Shown here piece by piece: positions 37,508 through 47,317 of a stretch of DNA of 64,000 bases. The position numbers and the translations under genes were made by a program. Location: the NCBI GenBank assembly GCA_018817165.1, contig JAHITY010000128.1, forward strand, positions 5,161-69,160. The letters run 5' to 3'. Origin of the DNA: Candidatus Omnitrophota bacterium. GTDB lineage: Bacteria > Omnitrophota > Gorgyraeia > B26-G9. The notes beneath the pieces were generated by a model. It was not told where the DNA came from, ran no database searches, and saw nothing but the letters and a program-made list of their open reading frames with translations. Position 1 is the first letter of the stretch. Each line of letters begins with the position of its first letter.

Positions 37508-38719
37508 ATGAGTGACTTGCCTGAATCGCATGAAAGAATGCTTTTAGAGATTGAACAATTGCGTAAAAGAATAAACGAACTTCAAGGGGCGGAACTGAAG
37601 TTTCAAAAAGCAGAGCAAGAATTGAGGCAGGCTAAGGAATATGCTGAATTTGTTTTTCGATCTACTCCAAACGCGATTTTTACAATTGATCCTAACCGGA
37701 GTATAACCAGTTGGAATAATAAAGCTGAAGAAATTACGGGTTATTCTTTTAAGGAGATAATTGGAAAGCAGTGTACTGTTTTTGCGGATAGCCCTTGTAA
37801 GGATATGTGCGCGGTTTTTTCGGATAATGTCGAGAAACCTATTTTTAACGCGGAATGTTCGATTAAAAGAAAAGATGGGAAAATAATTGTTATTTCAAAA
37901 AATGCGGAAATATTAAAGGATGAGCATGGAAATACAATCGGCGCTATAGAATCATTTGAAGATATTACCGGAAGAAAAAATGAAGAGCAATCCTTTCAAA
38001 AATCTTATCAGACTTTAGAAATGCAGATTCGTGAGAGGACTGCTGAACTTTCTAAAATGAATGAAGCGCTGCTTGTTGAAATCATGCAAAGGAAAAAAGT
38101 TCAGAAAAATTTTGAGGATGGCAATGAAAAATTGCAGCGTGTATTAAATGAAACAATTAGTGCTCTAGCCTTTACAGTTGAAAAAAGAGATCCCTATACC
38201 GCTGGACATCAGGAACGTGTAACTCACTTGGCAGAAGCTATTGCCAGGGAAATGAAATTACCCGCGGATCAGATATTAGGGGTGAAGACTGCGGCAATGA
38301 TTCATGATATTGGAAAAATTTGTGTTCCCGCGGAAATTTTAAGCAAGCCCTCTAAGCTAACTACGTATGAATTTAATATTATTAAAGCTCATCCAGAAGT
38401 AGGTTATGATATATTAAAGGAAATTGAATTTCCTTGGCCAGTTTCTTCAATTGTTGTGCAGCATCATGAGAGAATGGATGGAAGTGGATACCCAAATTCT
38501 TTAAAAGGTAATGAAATATTAATTGAGGCGCATATTCTAATTGTTGCTGATGTTGTTGAAGCCATGGCTTCGCATCGTCCTTATAGACCTGCATTGGGTA
38601 TTGAGCGAGCTTTAGATGAAATTATTAATAAAAAAGGAATATTGTATAATGTGGATGTTGTAGACGCTTGTATTAAGCTGTTTATGGAGCAGGATTTTAA
38701 GATTGAGCAAATAGTGTAA
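37508..38719 (+). CDS. PAS + HD-GYP cyclic dinucleotide phosphodiesterase
   Basis: WNNKAEEITGY PAS; RDPYTAGHQERV, IHDIGK, HHERMDGSGYP. Confidence 0.93.
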   Translation: MSDLPESHERMLLEIEQLRKRINELQGAELKFQKAEQELRQAKEYAEFVFRSTPNAIFTIDPNRSITSWNNKAEEITGYSFKEIIGKQCTVFADSPCKDMCAVFSDNVEKPIFNAECSIKRKDGKIIVISKNAEILKDEHGNTIGAIESFEDITGRKNEEQSFQKSYQTLEMQIRERTAELSKMNEALLVEIMQRKKVQKNFEDGNEKLQRVLNETISALAFTVEKRDPYTAGHQERVTHLAEAIAREMKLPADQILGVKTAAMIHDIGKICVPAEILSKPSKLTTYEFNIIKAHPEVGYDILKEIEFPWPVSSIVVQHHERMDGSGYPNSLKGNEILIEAHILIVADVVEAMASHRPYRPALGIERALDEIINKKGILYNVDVVDACIKLFMEQDFKIEQIV

Positions 38720-38839
38720 ACCTAATTTTATTGTCATAACCTTATTATTTTCTGATATTTCCAGTTATTTTTAAATTTAAAATAATTGACTTTTTGTTTG
38801 TTTTAGTGTATCTTTAATATTAATAAGGAGGTGACTTAA

Positions 38840-39154
38840 TTGAAGAAAAAAATAGTGTTTTTAGGGGTGTTTGCTTTGGTTTTGAGCGCAATTTGTATTT
38901 CTACATCTTTTGCCGCAATGCCTGATGCGAATAATGTTAAGCAAGTTCACGAAGGAGCAACTGTAGGGTGCACAGTTTGTCATCCAGAAGGTAATTTTAA
39001 AGAACTTAACAGCTATGGTAATGCATATAATGATGCAGGTAGAAGTGTGGATGCGGTTAAAGCGATTGATGGTGCCGATAGTGATGAAGATGGTGTTTCT
39101 AACTATGATGAAATCAAAGCCGGTACTAACCCAGGTGATGCGGAAAGTAATTAA
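38840..39154 (+). CDS. small exported monoheme c-type cytochrome-like protein with Ca-binding repeat
   Basis: Signal peptide, CTVCH, DSDEDGVSNYDEIKAGTNP. Confidence 0.75.
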   Translation: MKKKIVFLGVFALVLSAICISTSFAAMPDANNVKQVHEGATVGCTVCHPEGNFKELNSYGNAYNDAGRSVDAVKAIDGADSDEDGVSNYDEIKAGTNPGDAESN

Positions 39155-39181
39155 TAGAAGTAATCTGATTTATTAGTACAG

Positions 39182-39215
39182 TGGCTAGAACATTTTTAGT
39201 GTTCTAGCCATTTTT
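39182..39215 (+). terminator. intrinsic terminator
   Basis: tggctagaacatt...agtgttctagcca-ttttt. Confidence 0.75.
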
Positions 39216-39246
39216 AGTATTAATTCAGTTAAAAAGGAAAGAATTA

Positions 39247-39945
39247 ATGGAAAATGAAAAATTTAGGGCAACTATTTTTGAAGATGAAGACATTCTTATT
39301 GTCGATAAACCAAGTGGTTTATTAACAGAGGCTTCAACAAATAACAAAGAAAAGAGCTTAAGTTTATTGTTAAACACCTTAAATTTTCAACAAAATAATA
39401 GTTCTAAAATTTATCCGTGTCATCGTTTAGATAAGGAAACTTCCGGGGTATTAATTTTTGCTAAGGGGAAGAATGTTCAGCAGAAGATAATGGATCAATT
39501 TAGAGCGAAAAAAGTCAAAAAAGTATATATTGCATTTGTTCATGGAGTTATTGATAAGCAATCAGGTGTCTTAAAAAGCTATATCCAGGGGGGGTGGCCT
39601 TATCAGCGCAATGAACAGAAAAAACTGGCAATTACAAATTTTAAACTTATCGGGCAGGGAAAGGCTTTCAGCATAATGAGATTGGAACCCCAAACCGGAA
39701 GGACCAATCAGATAAGGATTCAATTCAAAGATATCGGGCACCCGCTTGTCGGAGAAAGGCGTTTTGTTATGGCTCGCGATTGGCCGATAAAGTTCAAGCG
39801 GGTCGCTTTGCACGCGTTTAGTGTTGCCTTTACACACCCAACTAAAAATATTACAGTAAGTTTTAATGCTGAATTACCCAAAGATATGGCTAAGTTTTTA
39901 ATCAATAATGGGATTGATGATTTTAGTAAGGAAGTTTTTTTATAA
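39247..39945 (+). CDS. RluA-family pseudouridine synthase
   Basis: VDKPSGL, HRLDKETSG, TGRTNQIR, LHA. Confidence 0.93.
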   Translation: MENEKFRATIFEDEDILIVDKPSGLLTEASTNNKEKSLSLLLNTLNFQQNNSSKIYPCHRLDKETSGVLIFAKGKNVQQKIMDQFRAKKVKKVYIAFVHGVIDKQSGVLKSYIQGGWPYQRNEQKKLAITNFKLIGQGKAFSIMRLEPQTGRTNQIRIQFKDIGHPLVGERRFVMARDWPIKFKRVALHAFSVAFTHPTKNITVSFNAELPKDMAKFLINNGIDDFSKEVFL

Positions 39946-40033
39946 GCATTATCTTGTGCCGGTTTATTGAGTATGTTACAATAAAATAACTAATAATAAT
40001 ATTTAGCAGCGTTTAATTCTTAGGAGCAAGGGA

Positions 40034-40852
40034 TTGAAGTATTTATATTTAGCGCTATTGCAAGGTTTAACAGAATTTCTTCCAGTATCCAGTTCTGGTC
40101 ATTTGGTTTTTTATCAAAAAGTTTTTGGTTTTAATGAGCCGCTTCTTTGTTTTGATATTATTTTACATTTAGCAACTGCTTTATCGGTTATAGTTTTTCT
40201 TAAAAATGATTTAAAAAATATAATCACGGAAACTTTCTTTTCGTTGAAACAGGTGATCAACGGAAAAAAAGTTATAGATGTCTGGCAGGAAAATAGTAAT
40301 CTTAGGCTAGGAGTTCTTGTTGGTATCGCGATTGTCCCGGCTATTATTTTCGGATTATTATTTAATAATATAATTGAATCAATGTTTGGCTCATTAAAAC
40401 TTGTGGGGATAACATTTTTAGTCACGGGGACAATTTTATTTTTAACTAAATATACAAATCAAAAAACCCGAAGTGATTTGAATTTAAAAGATGCTTTGAG
40501 TATTGGTTTAGTTCAAGCCATGGCAATAATCCCAGGTATATCGCGTTCTGGTTCAACAATAGCCTGCGGAATGTTTAGAGGCTTGAACAAAAATTTAGCA
40601 GCAAGATTCTCTTTTATTCTTGCCGTGCCGACTATTCTTGCGGCAGGTGTCTATAAGCTTAAGCATGGTATAGGTGAAATCAATATAAGCATCTCAATCA
40701 TTTTTGTCGCATTTTTCATTGCTTTTTTAAGTGGATATATATCATTGATATTTCTTTCTAAAATGATAGCAAAGGCGAAATTCCATTATTTCGCGTATTA
40801 TTGCTGGATGATGGGAGCAATAAGTATATACTTAACAATTTTTTATTATTAA
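40034..40852 (+). CDS. uppP: undecaprenyl-diphosphate phosphatase
   Basis: QGLTEFLPVSSSGH, PGISRSGSTI, AARFSF. Confidence 0.95.
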   Translation: MKYLYLALLQGLTEFLPVSSSGHLVFYQKVFGFNEPLLCFDIILHLATALSVIVFLKNDLKNIITETFFSLKQVINGKKVIDVWQENSNLRLGVLVGIAIVPAIIFGLLFNNIIESMFGSLKLVGITFLVTGTILFLTKYTNQKTRSDLNLKDALSIGLVQAMAIIPGISRSGSTIACGMFRGLNKNLAARFSFILAVPTILAAGVYKLKHGIGEINISISIIFVAFFIAFLSGYISLIFLSKMIAKAKFHYFAYYCWMMGAISIYLTIFYY

Positions 40853-40877
40853 AAACTGGTTTAACGAGAGGGAATGT

Positions 40878-42137
40878 GTGAATAATAATTCAGGCTGCTC
40901 CGTATTAATCTTGGGGGGAGGAAGAGGTACTCGTCTTTTTCCTCTAACATTAGAAAGAAGTAAGCCGGCTATTGGTTTTGCCGGTAAATACAGATTGATT
41001 GATATCCCTATTTCTAATTCTATAAATTCTGGATATAATAAGATTTTTGTTTTAACCCAATTTCTTTCTGCTAGCTTGCATGGCCATCTTATGCAAACCT
41101 ACCGTTTTGATAATTTCTCCAAAGGATTTGTGGAAATCCTTTCTGCTGAACAGTCGCATAAAAGTTCTGAATGGTTTCAGGGAACAGCGGATGCTGTGCG
41201 TTGTGTTTTAAGACATTTGCGATACATGCCGGAAGAACATGTATTGATCTTATCAGGCGATCATCTTTATCGGATGGATTATCGAAAAATGCTGAATTAT
41301 CATATCCAAAAAAAAGCGGAAGTTACTGTTTCTTCAATTTTTGTTGATGAAGATGAAGCATCTCGTATGGGGATTCTTGATGTGGCTTCTTCCGGAAGGC
41401 TAAATCGAGTAATTGAAAAACCAGCAAATGTCAGAAGACATAAATTTAAATCTAAGTCAGTGAAACAAAATGATGGTATGCATAACCAGTATTGTGCGTC
41501 AATGGGTATATATTTATTCAATAAAGATGTCTTATTTAATATTTTATCAACAAATAAATTAGCTGATTTTGGTAAGCATATACTTCCATTGCTCGTTAAA
41601 AATAAGGCCAAAGTATTTTCATATGATTTTAAAGGGTATTGGCGCGATATTGGTACAATAAAGAGCTATTATGACGCAAGCATGGATTTATTAAACGATA
41701 AGCCTGGTTTTGATCTGTTTGATGTTAATATGCCTTTGCTTACGCGTGCGCGTCTTTTGCCTCCGAATAAAATAATTGATTCTAAAATATTAAGATCAAT
41801 TATATCGGAAGGTTGTTTGATAAATAAGGCAAGTATAGAAAATTCAATCATAGGATTACGAAGTCACATTAAGGATAATGCGATAATTAAAAATTCAATT
41901 ATTATTGGCAATGATTACTATCGCGATCCATCAATCAATAATCATCAAGCTCCTTATATAGGAAAAGGAGTTATTCTGGAAAGAACTATTGTTGATAAAA
42001 ATGTTACAATTGGTGATTTTACTCAGATTACCGATAAAAGGAATCATAAGGATATGGATGGTGATCTGTATTATATTCGTGATGGGGTTACCATTGTTAG
42101 GCGAGGAGTTACTATTTCGCCGCATTCAATAATATAG
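40878..42137 (+). CDS. glgC: glucose-1-phosphate adenylyltransferase
   Basis: GGGRGTRLFPLT.ERSKPA, WFQGTADAVR, SGDHLYRMDY, YWRDIGT. Confidence 0.95.
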   Translation: MNNNSGCSVLILGGGRGTRLFPLTLERSKPAIGFAGKYRLIDIPISNSINSGYNKIFVLTQFLSASLHGHLMQTYRFDNFSKGFVEILSAEQSHKSSEWFQGTADAVRCVLRHLRYMPEEHVLILSGDHLYRMDYRKMLNYHIQKKAEVTVSSIFVDEDEASRMGILDVASSGRLNRVIEKPANVRRHKFKSKSVKQNDGMHNQYCASMGIYLFNKDVLFNILSTNKLADFGKHILPLLVKNKAKVFSYDFKGYWRDIGTIKSYYDASMDLLNDKPGFDLFDVNMPLLTRARLLPPNKIIDSKILRSIISEGCLINKASIENSIIGLRSHIKDNAIIKNSIIIGNDYYRDPSINNHQAPYIGKGVILERTIVDKNVTIGDFTQITDKRNHKDMDGDLYYIRDGVTIVRRGVTISPHSII

Positions 42138-42170
42138 TGTTTTAATATTAATAAAGAAAGGGGGATGGAT

Positions 42171-42485
42171 ATGTTTGAAATATTAGAAAAGTTAATTTTG
42201 GCTGGTGTCGGTTTTGCTAGTTTAACCAAAGAAAAAGCAGAAAAGATTGTTGACGCATTGATTGCTAAAGGAGAGGTTAAAGCTAAAGACAAAAAAGCGA
42301 TATTAAACCGATTGCTTAAGCACACACAAAAACTTGATAAAGATCTTGAGAATAAGATGAGACAGGTATCTTTAAATGTAGTCAAGAACTCGCAAAAACA
42401 AATTGATGCTTTAAATAAAAAATTAGCGCAGTTAAACAAAAGTATGAGCAGCTCAAAAAAAAGTGATAAGAAAAAGAAAAATTAA
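42171..42485 (+). CDS. phasin-like (PhaF/PhaI family) protein
   Basis: LILAGVGFASLTKEKAEKIVDALIAKGE pattern. Confidence 0.8.
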   Translation: MFEILEKLILAGVGFASLTKEKAEKIVDALIAKGEVKAKDKKAILNRLLKHTQKLDKDLENKMRQVSLNVVKNSQKQIDALNKKLAQLNKSMSSSKKSDKKKKN

Positions 42486-42513
42486 TTGTAAATAATTTAC
42501 AAGGAGAGAGATA

Positions 42514-42879
42514 ATGTTTGAATTAATTGAGAAAATTATACTTGCTGGTGTTGGGTTGGCAAATTTAACCAAAGAAAAAGCTGAGAGCCTGGTTGATATG
42601 CTGATTAAAAAAGGTCAAATACAGGCAAAAGATAAAAAAGCTGTTTTAAGCCGCTTACTTAAAAGTACAAAGCAGTTAGATAGTGATCTTGAAAATAAGA
42701 TGAAACAGGTGTCGATAAGTGTGGTTAAGAATTCACAGAAGCAGATTGATGCTTTGAATAAAAAATTAGCACAGCTAGCTAAAAGTTTAGAGGTAGAGAA
42801 GAAAAAAACTAAAGTGGTTAAAGCTGCTCCGGTGGCTGTAAAGAAAAAAGTAAAGGCTAAAGCAAAGAAGAAAGTGTAA
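42514..42879 (+). CDS. phasin-like protein, paralog with Lys/Ala-rich tail
   Basis: Highly similar to the preceding gene; C-terminal KAAPVAVKKKVKAKAKKKV. Confidence 0.8.
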   Translation: MFELIEKIILAGVGLANLTKEKAESLVDMLIKKGQIQAKDKKAVLSRLLKSTKQLDSDLENKMKQVSISVVKNSQKQIDALNKKLAQLAKSLEVEKKKTKVVKAAPVAVKKKVKAKAKKKV

Positions 42880-44567
42880 TGCTCTTTAGTATTAAAACAA
42901 TGGTCGGAGATATAAACCGACTGAGAGTGATATTGGTTATTCTTTTTGAAGAAGGATTTGGCTTCCTTATCGATAGAGTTAGGTTGGCATATCTATTGCC
43001 TTTTAAGTTAAGATTGTGCAGCATCTTCCGGCGGTGCAAGCCGTCATCCAAATTGGATGAAACGGTTATTTCACTGCCGGAACGTTTGTGCCGGTCCTTT
43101 CAACGCCTAGGGCCGACATATGTAAAATTTGGCCAAATCTTAAGTTTGCGGTCAGACATTATCCCTCCGGAATATATTCAACAATTAGAAAAACTACAAA
43201 CAAATGCAAATACTTTTTCCTATAATAAAGTAAAAGAAATCGTCGCGGAAGAATTTGGTAAAGATATTAGCCAAGTTTATAAAACGTTTTCAGAAAAACC
43301 TTTTGCCGCGGCAAGTTTAGCTCAAGTTCATAATGCGGAATTACCTGATGGGACAGAAGTGGCTGTTAAGGTTCAAAGGCCTGATATCAGAGGGATTATA
43401 GAAAATGATATCCATATTCTGTTTTTTTTTGCTGCGCTTGTAGAAAAATATATTAAAGAAATAATTTATCTCCAACCAGTACAATTGGTCAAAGAGTTTT
43501 CAGAATGGACAATGCGAGAGTTGGATTTTAGTGTTGAAGCGGCTAATGCGGAGCGGTTTCGTCAAAACTTTGCTGATGATAATCGTTTTTATTTTCCTGA
43601 AATTCATTGGGATTATTCGACAAAGCGAGTGCTGACAATGGAACTGATCAAAGGGATAAAATTGTCAGAAGCCGCGAAAATTATAAAAGCAGGGGGCGAT
43701 CCTTATGTCCTGGCAATAAACGGCTTAGAATTGGGGCTTAGGCAGTTTTTTATCCATGGTTTTTTTCAGGCTGATCCACATCCGGGGAATTTTTTCGTTT
43801 TAAAAGATAATGTTCTATGTTTGTACGATTTTGGCATGGTGGGATATTTAGATCGGCAAATGCGAGATAGTCTATCCGCTGTTTTTATATCTTTTGTGGA
43901 AAAAAATGCGGAATTAACTTCTAAAAAGATGCTTGATTTAGCACCCAATTATTCCCTACAAGCTAAGGAAGAATTTGCGCAAAGAGCAATGCCGATTTTA
44001 AGTACATGGTTTTATTCTAAAAAGCCGGAAAAAAGTTTTGCTAAAATGTTTTATCATCTTGTTATTGAAGGAGCAAAAAGCGGTTTATATTTTCCCCGGA
44101 ACCTGGTATTATGTTCTAGAGCACTGTTAATAATGGAAGGAACAGGGCTTAAATTGTGTCCGGAGTTTAAATTGTATGATGAGCTTGCGCCTTTGTTTGA
44201 AAAAGTAATTAAAGAAAGATTTAATCCAAAGCGGATAATGAAAGATATGGAAATTAGTATGATTGATTATTTGAATATTTTGCAGCAACTGCCTGAAAAC
44301 ACATTGAAACTTATTGAGAAAATAGAAAAAGGGCAGATTGATGTTAAGATCGATAAAAGTGAAATAATGGCGATTAAAGATGAAATGGAAAGAGTTAATA
44401 ATATCCGGCTGATTTCAATCGTTATTATTACTCTGCTTGTTACGGCGGCAATTATATTAAGGCTTGAACAGCAGACACTAGTTTTTGGATTATCAGTGGC
44501 AAAGATCGCGCTTATATTATGTTTAATCTTATCTGTTTGGTTGATATCAATAATTAGGAAAAAATAA
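42879..44567 (+). CDS. ABC1/UbiB/AarF family atypical kinase
   Basis: LGPTYVKFGQILS, AAASLAQVH, VAVKVQRP, ADPHPGN, YDFGMVG; two C-terminal TMs. Confidence 0.93.
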   Translation: MLFSIKTMVGDINRLRVILVILFEEGFGFLIDRVRLAYLLPFKLRLCSIFRRCKPSSKLDETVISLPERLCRSFQRLGPTYVKFGQILSLRSDIIPPEYIQQLEKLQTNANTFSYNKVKEIVAEEFGKDISQVYKTFSEKPFAAASLAQVHNAELPDGTEVAVKVQRPDIRGIIENDIHILFFFAALVEKYIKEIIYLQPVQLVKEFSEWTMRELDFSVEAANAERFRQNFADDNRFYFPEIHWDYSTKRVLTMELIKGIKLSEAAKIIKAGGDPYVLAINGLELGLRQFFIHGFFQADPHPGNFFVLKDNVLCLYDFGMVGYLDRQMRDSLSAVFISFVEKNAELTSKKMLDLAPNYSLQAKEEFAQRAMPILSTWFYSKKPEKSFAKMFYHLVIEGAKSGLYFPRNLVLCSRALLIMEGTGLKLCPEFKLYDELAPLFEKVIKERFNPKRIMKDMEISMIDYLNILQQLPENTLKLIEKIEKGQIDVKIDKSEIMAIKDEMERVNNIRLISIVIITLLVTAAIILRLEQQTLVFGLSVAKIALILCLILSVWLISIIRKK

Positions 44568-44580
44568 AAGGGGGGAGAGC

Positions 44581-44802
44581 ATGAAACAAAAAATTTTTAA
44601 AAAAATTCCTCAAAAAACAGTTAGAATATTTAAGATATCTAATCGTAAAGGATATGGAGCATTATGCATGAATAATCTTACTGAAGGAACTACTCCTGCC
44701 CAGGCTTATATGCGAATGATAAAAGCGGTTAAAAGAAACGGATGTGAGCTTCCTAATATTACGACGGAAGAAGCTAAAAAGTGTATTGTTTCTAAAATTT
44801 AA
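44581..44802 (+). CDS. hypothetical basic protein
   Basis: Strong RBS ggggggag, 73-aa ORF in operon context. Confidence 0.65.
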   Translation: MKQKIFKKIPQKTVRIFKISNRKGYGALCMNNLTEGTTPAQAYMRMIKAVKRNGCELPNITTEEAKKCIVSKI

Positions 44803-44910
44803 TTTTTCTTGATAAAAAAAATATGATGTGCTAATATTATGTTGAAATTCATCGCTTTCAACATTAAATACATTCCTTGGGCAATTTTCTTAAATTTAAC
44901 AGAAGGTCAT

Positions 44911-45561
44911 ATGAACACACAATATAGAGCAATTGAGCGTCTGGAAACAAGTATGGAGTCGGTAGAAGTTGGTAGTTTGCGTTATTCTATCCTAAACTGT
45001 GCTAAGAATTTTAAAAGTTCTTGGCTTGAGTTAGGGCAGCATTTAGTTTCAGTTTATAATGATAAATTATACAAAGAGTGGGGATATCTCACTTTTGAGG
45101 CATATTGTTCCAAGGAAATTGGGATAAGAAAGGAAACTGGAATTAAACTGTTAAGATCTTATCATTTTCTGGAGCAGGAAGAGCCTAATTATATTAAAAA
45201 GGAATATATTGATTCAGCGGAAGGTAAGAATATCCCTTCGTTTGAAGCGGTTCATACGCTTAGCCAGGTAAAGGCGAATAAGGATTTAGGCGCTGGTGAC
45301 TATGAAAAAATGAAGCGCCATATTTTTGAGGAAGGCAAACCGGATAAAGAAGTAAAAGATGTTTATCAATCCATGGTTAAGCGGGTTAAGGAAAATAGTC
45401 CAGAAGAAGATCATAAATTGAGAAGATTTAAATATTTACGTCGCGTTGTTGGTTCGTTAAATTCAATCAGAAAAGAGATAAAGTTAAGTAAATTTCTTTC
45501 TGAAGATATTCTTAAAGAATTAGATGTTATAATTACAAAAATTGAAGTTGAAATCGGATAG
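44911..45561 (+). CDS. hypothetical helical protein
   Basis: FKSSWLELGQHL, YKEWGYLTFEAYC..EIGI; start ATG 44911. Confidence 0.7.
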   Translation: MNTQYRAIERLETSMESVEVGSLRYSILNCAKNFKSSWLELGQHLVSVYNDKLYKEWGYLTFEAYCSKEIGIRKETGIKLLRSYHFLEQEEPNYIKKEYIDSAEGKNIPSFEAVHTLSQVKANKDLGAGDYEKMKRHIFEEGKPDKEVKDVYQSMVKRVKENSPEEDHKLRRFKYLRRVVGSLNSIRKEIKLSKFLSEDILKELDVIITKIEVEIG

Positions 45562-45588
45562 AATCCGTTCCTATTTTTTGGAGGAGTA

Positions 45589-47244
45589 ATGGTTAAAGAG
45601 CTTATTTTTAGCGTATTTGGCGGTTTAGGATTATTTATTTATGGGATACACCTCATGGGCGAGGGGCTGCAGAATGCGGCTGGTGATAGAATGCGCAGGC
45701 TGCTTAAAGCTTTAACCAGTAATACTCTTGCTGGAACAGTAGTTGGGGCAGGAATAACCGCAATCATTCAGAGTTCCTCAGCAACAACGGTTATGGTCGT
45801 TGGGTTTGTTAATGCTGGGCTAATGGGATTAGAACAGGCCATTGGAGTCATTTTTGGTGCTAATATCGGAACAACGATTACTGCTCAAATAATTGCGTTT
45901 AAATTAACAAATTATGCTTTGCCGGCTATTGCAATTGGCGCTTGCTTATATTTATTTGTCCCTAAAAGATTTTGGAAGTTTTTTGGTTTGTTCTTATTGG
46001 GATTCGGGATTTTATTTTTAGGTTTACAAACAATGACTTCGGTTATTAAGGACTATTCAGATAGACCCGCGGTTATTTCTGCCTTTATATCTTTTAGTAA
46101 AAATCCTGCTTTGGCAGTTTTAACCGGAGCAGTTGTTACTGCGATATTTCAAAGCTCTAGTGTTACAACGGGTATGATCATAACACTGGCTTCTTTGGGA
46201 CTGTTTGATTTGCAGGGAGCAATCCCTTTGATATTTGGCTGTAATATCGGGACCTGTATAACAGCAATCCTTGCTTCAATTGGAACAACAATTTCAGCCA
46301 GGCGCGCGGCGCTTGCCCATGTTTTGTTCAATGTATTGGTCACAGTCATTTTTTTACCGACACTAGGGTTTTATTATAAGATCATCGCTTTGACTTCAGG
46401 TGATATTGCTCGGCAAGTTGCCAATGCGCATACTATATTTAATGTTATCGGTACTGTGATTTTTGTGCCTTTTGCCGCAGTTTTCGCGAAAGTTGTAACA
46501 AGGGTTTTGCCGGGGAAAGATATAATCATTGATACTCAGCCAAAATTTTTGGAAAAACATTTATTAGCTACTCCGATAGCTGCTTTTGACGCCGCAATGA
46601 AAGAGACAATGAGAATGGCGGAAATTACTCGAGGAATGATTGATGATGCAATGAAGGGGTTTTTGGATAATGATCTTAAAATTCTGGCTTTTGTAAGCAA
46701 AAAAGAAATAGCTGTAGATAGCTTACAGGAAGCAATCACTAATTATTTGATGGAAATAATGCAAAAAGAACTTTCGCCCGCTATTGCTAATAAAATTCCC
46801 TCTCTGCTTCATAGCGTTAATGATATTGAAAGAGTTGGAGATCATTCCGAAAACCTCAAAGAGCTTGCAGAGCGAAAAATAGTTAATAATTTACCTTTTT
46901 CCGCAGATGCATTAGCTGATATAAAAGCAATGTTTGAATTAGTGGATTTAATGGCTGAGGCTACTATAAAGTGTTTGGATACAGATGAGATAAAAGATGC
47001 CGGGGTTGTTTTAGAAATGGAAGAAAAGGTGAACGCGATCACTTTCAAATTAAGAGAAAACCATATAAACCGTTTAGCTAAAGGTAGCTGTAAAGTTTTA
47101 TCGGGGATTGTCTTTTTAGATATTATAAGTAATTTCGAAAAGATCGCGGATCATTTTACTAATGTTGCTGAGGCAGTTGCTGGTAAGTTGCAATGGTCAA
47201 AGCCTGTGCAGACAATAAAACCGCAGAAAAAGCAATTAGTTTGA
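45589..47244 (+). CDS. Na+/Pi cotransporter with PhoU-like domains
   Basis: QSSSATT and QSSSVTT repeats, GANIGTT, DIERVGDH, FEKIADH. Confidence 0.93.
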   Translation: MVKELIFSVFGGLGLFIYGIHLMGEGLQNAAGDRMRRLLKALTSNTLAGTVVGAGITAIIQSSSATTVMVVGFVNAGLMGLEQAIGVIFGANIGTTITAQIIAFKLTNYALPAIAIGACLYLFVPKRFWKFFGLFLLGFGILFLGLQTMTSVIKDYSDRPAVISAFISFSKNPALAVLTGAVVTAIFQSSSVTTGMIITLASLGLFDLQGAIPLIFGCNIGTCITAILASIGTTISARRAALAHVLFNVLVTVIFLPTLGFYYKIIALTSGDIARQVANAHTIFNVIGTVIFVPFAAVFAKVVTRVLPGKDIIIDTQPKFLEKHLLATPIAAFDAAMKETMRMAEITRGMIDDAMKGFLDNDLKILAFVSKKEIAVDSLQEAITNYLMEIMQKELSPAIANKIPSLLHSVNDIERVGDHSENLKELAERKIVNNLPFSADALADIKAMFELVDLMAEATIKCLDTDEIKDAGVVLEMEEKVNAITFKLRENHINRLAKGSCKVLSGIVFLDIISNFEKIADHFTNVAEAVAGKLQWSKPVQTIKPQKKQLV

Positions 47245-47317
47245 GATGATTTAAGCATGATGTTATATTGTAAAAATAAACAAAAACTAAATATATCAAT
47301 CAATAAGATTAAATTTT

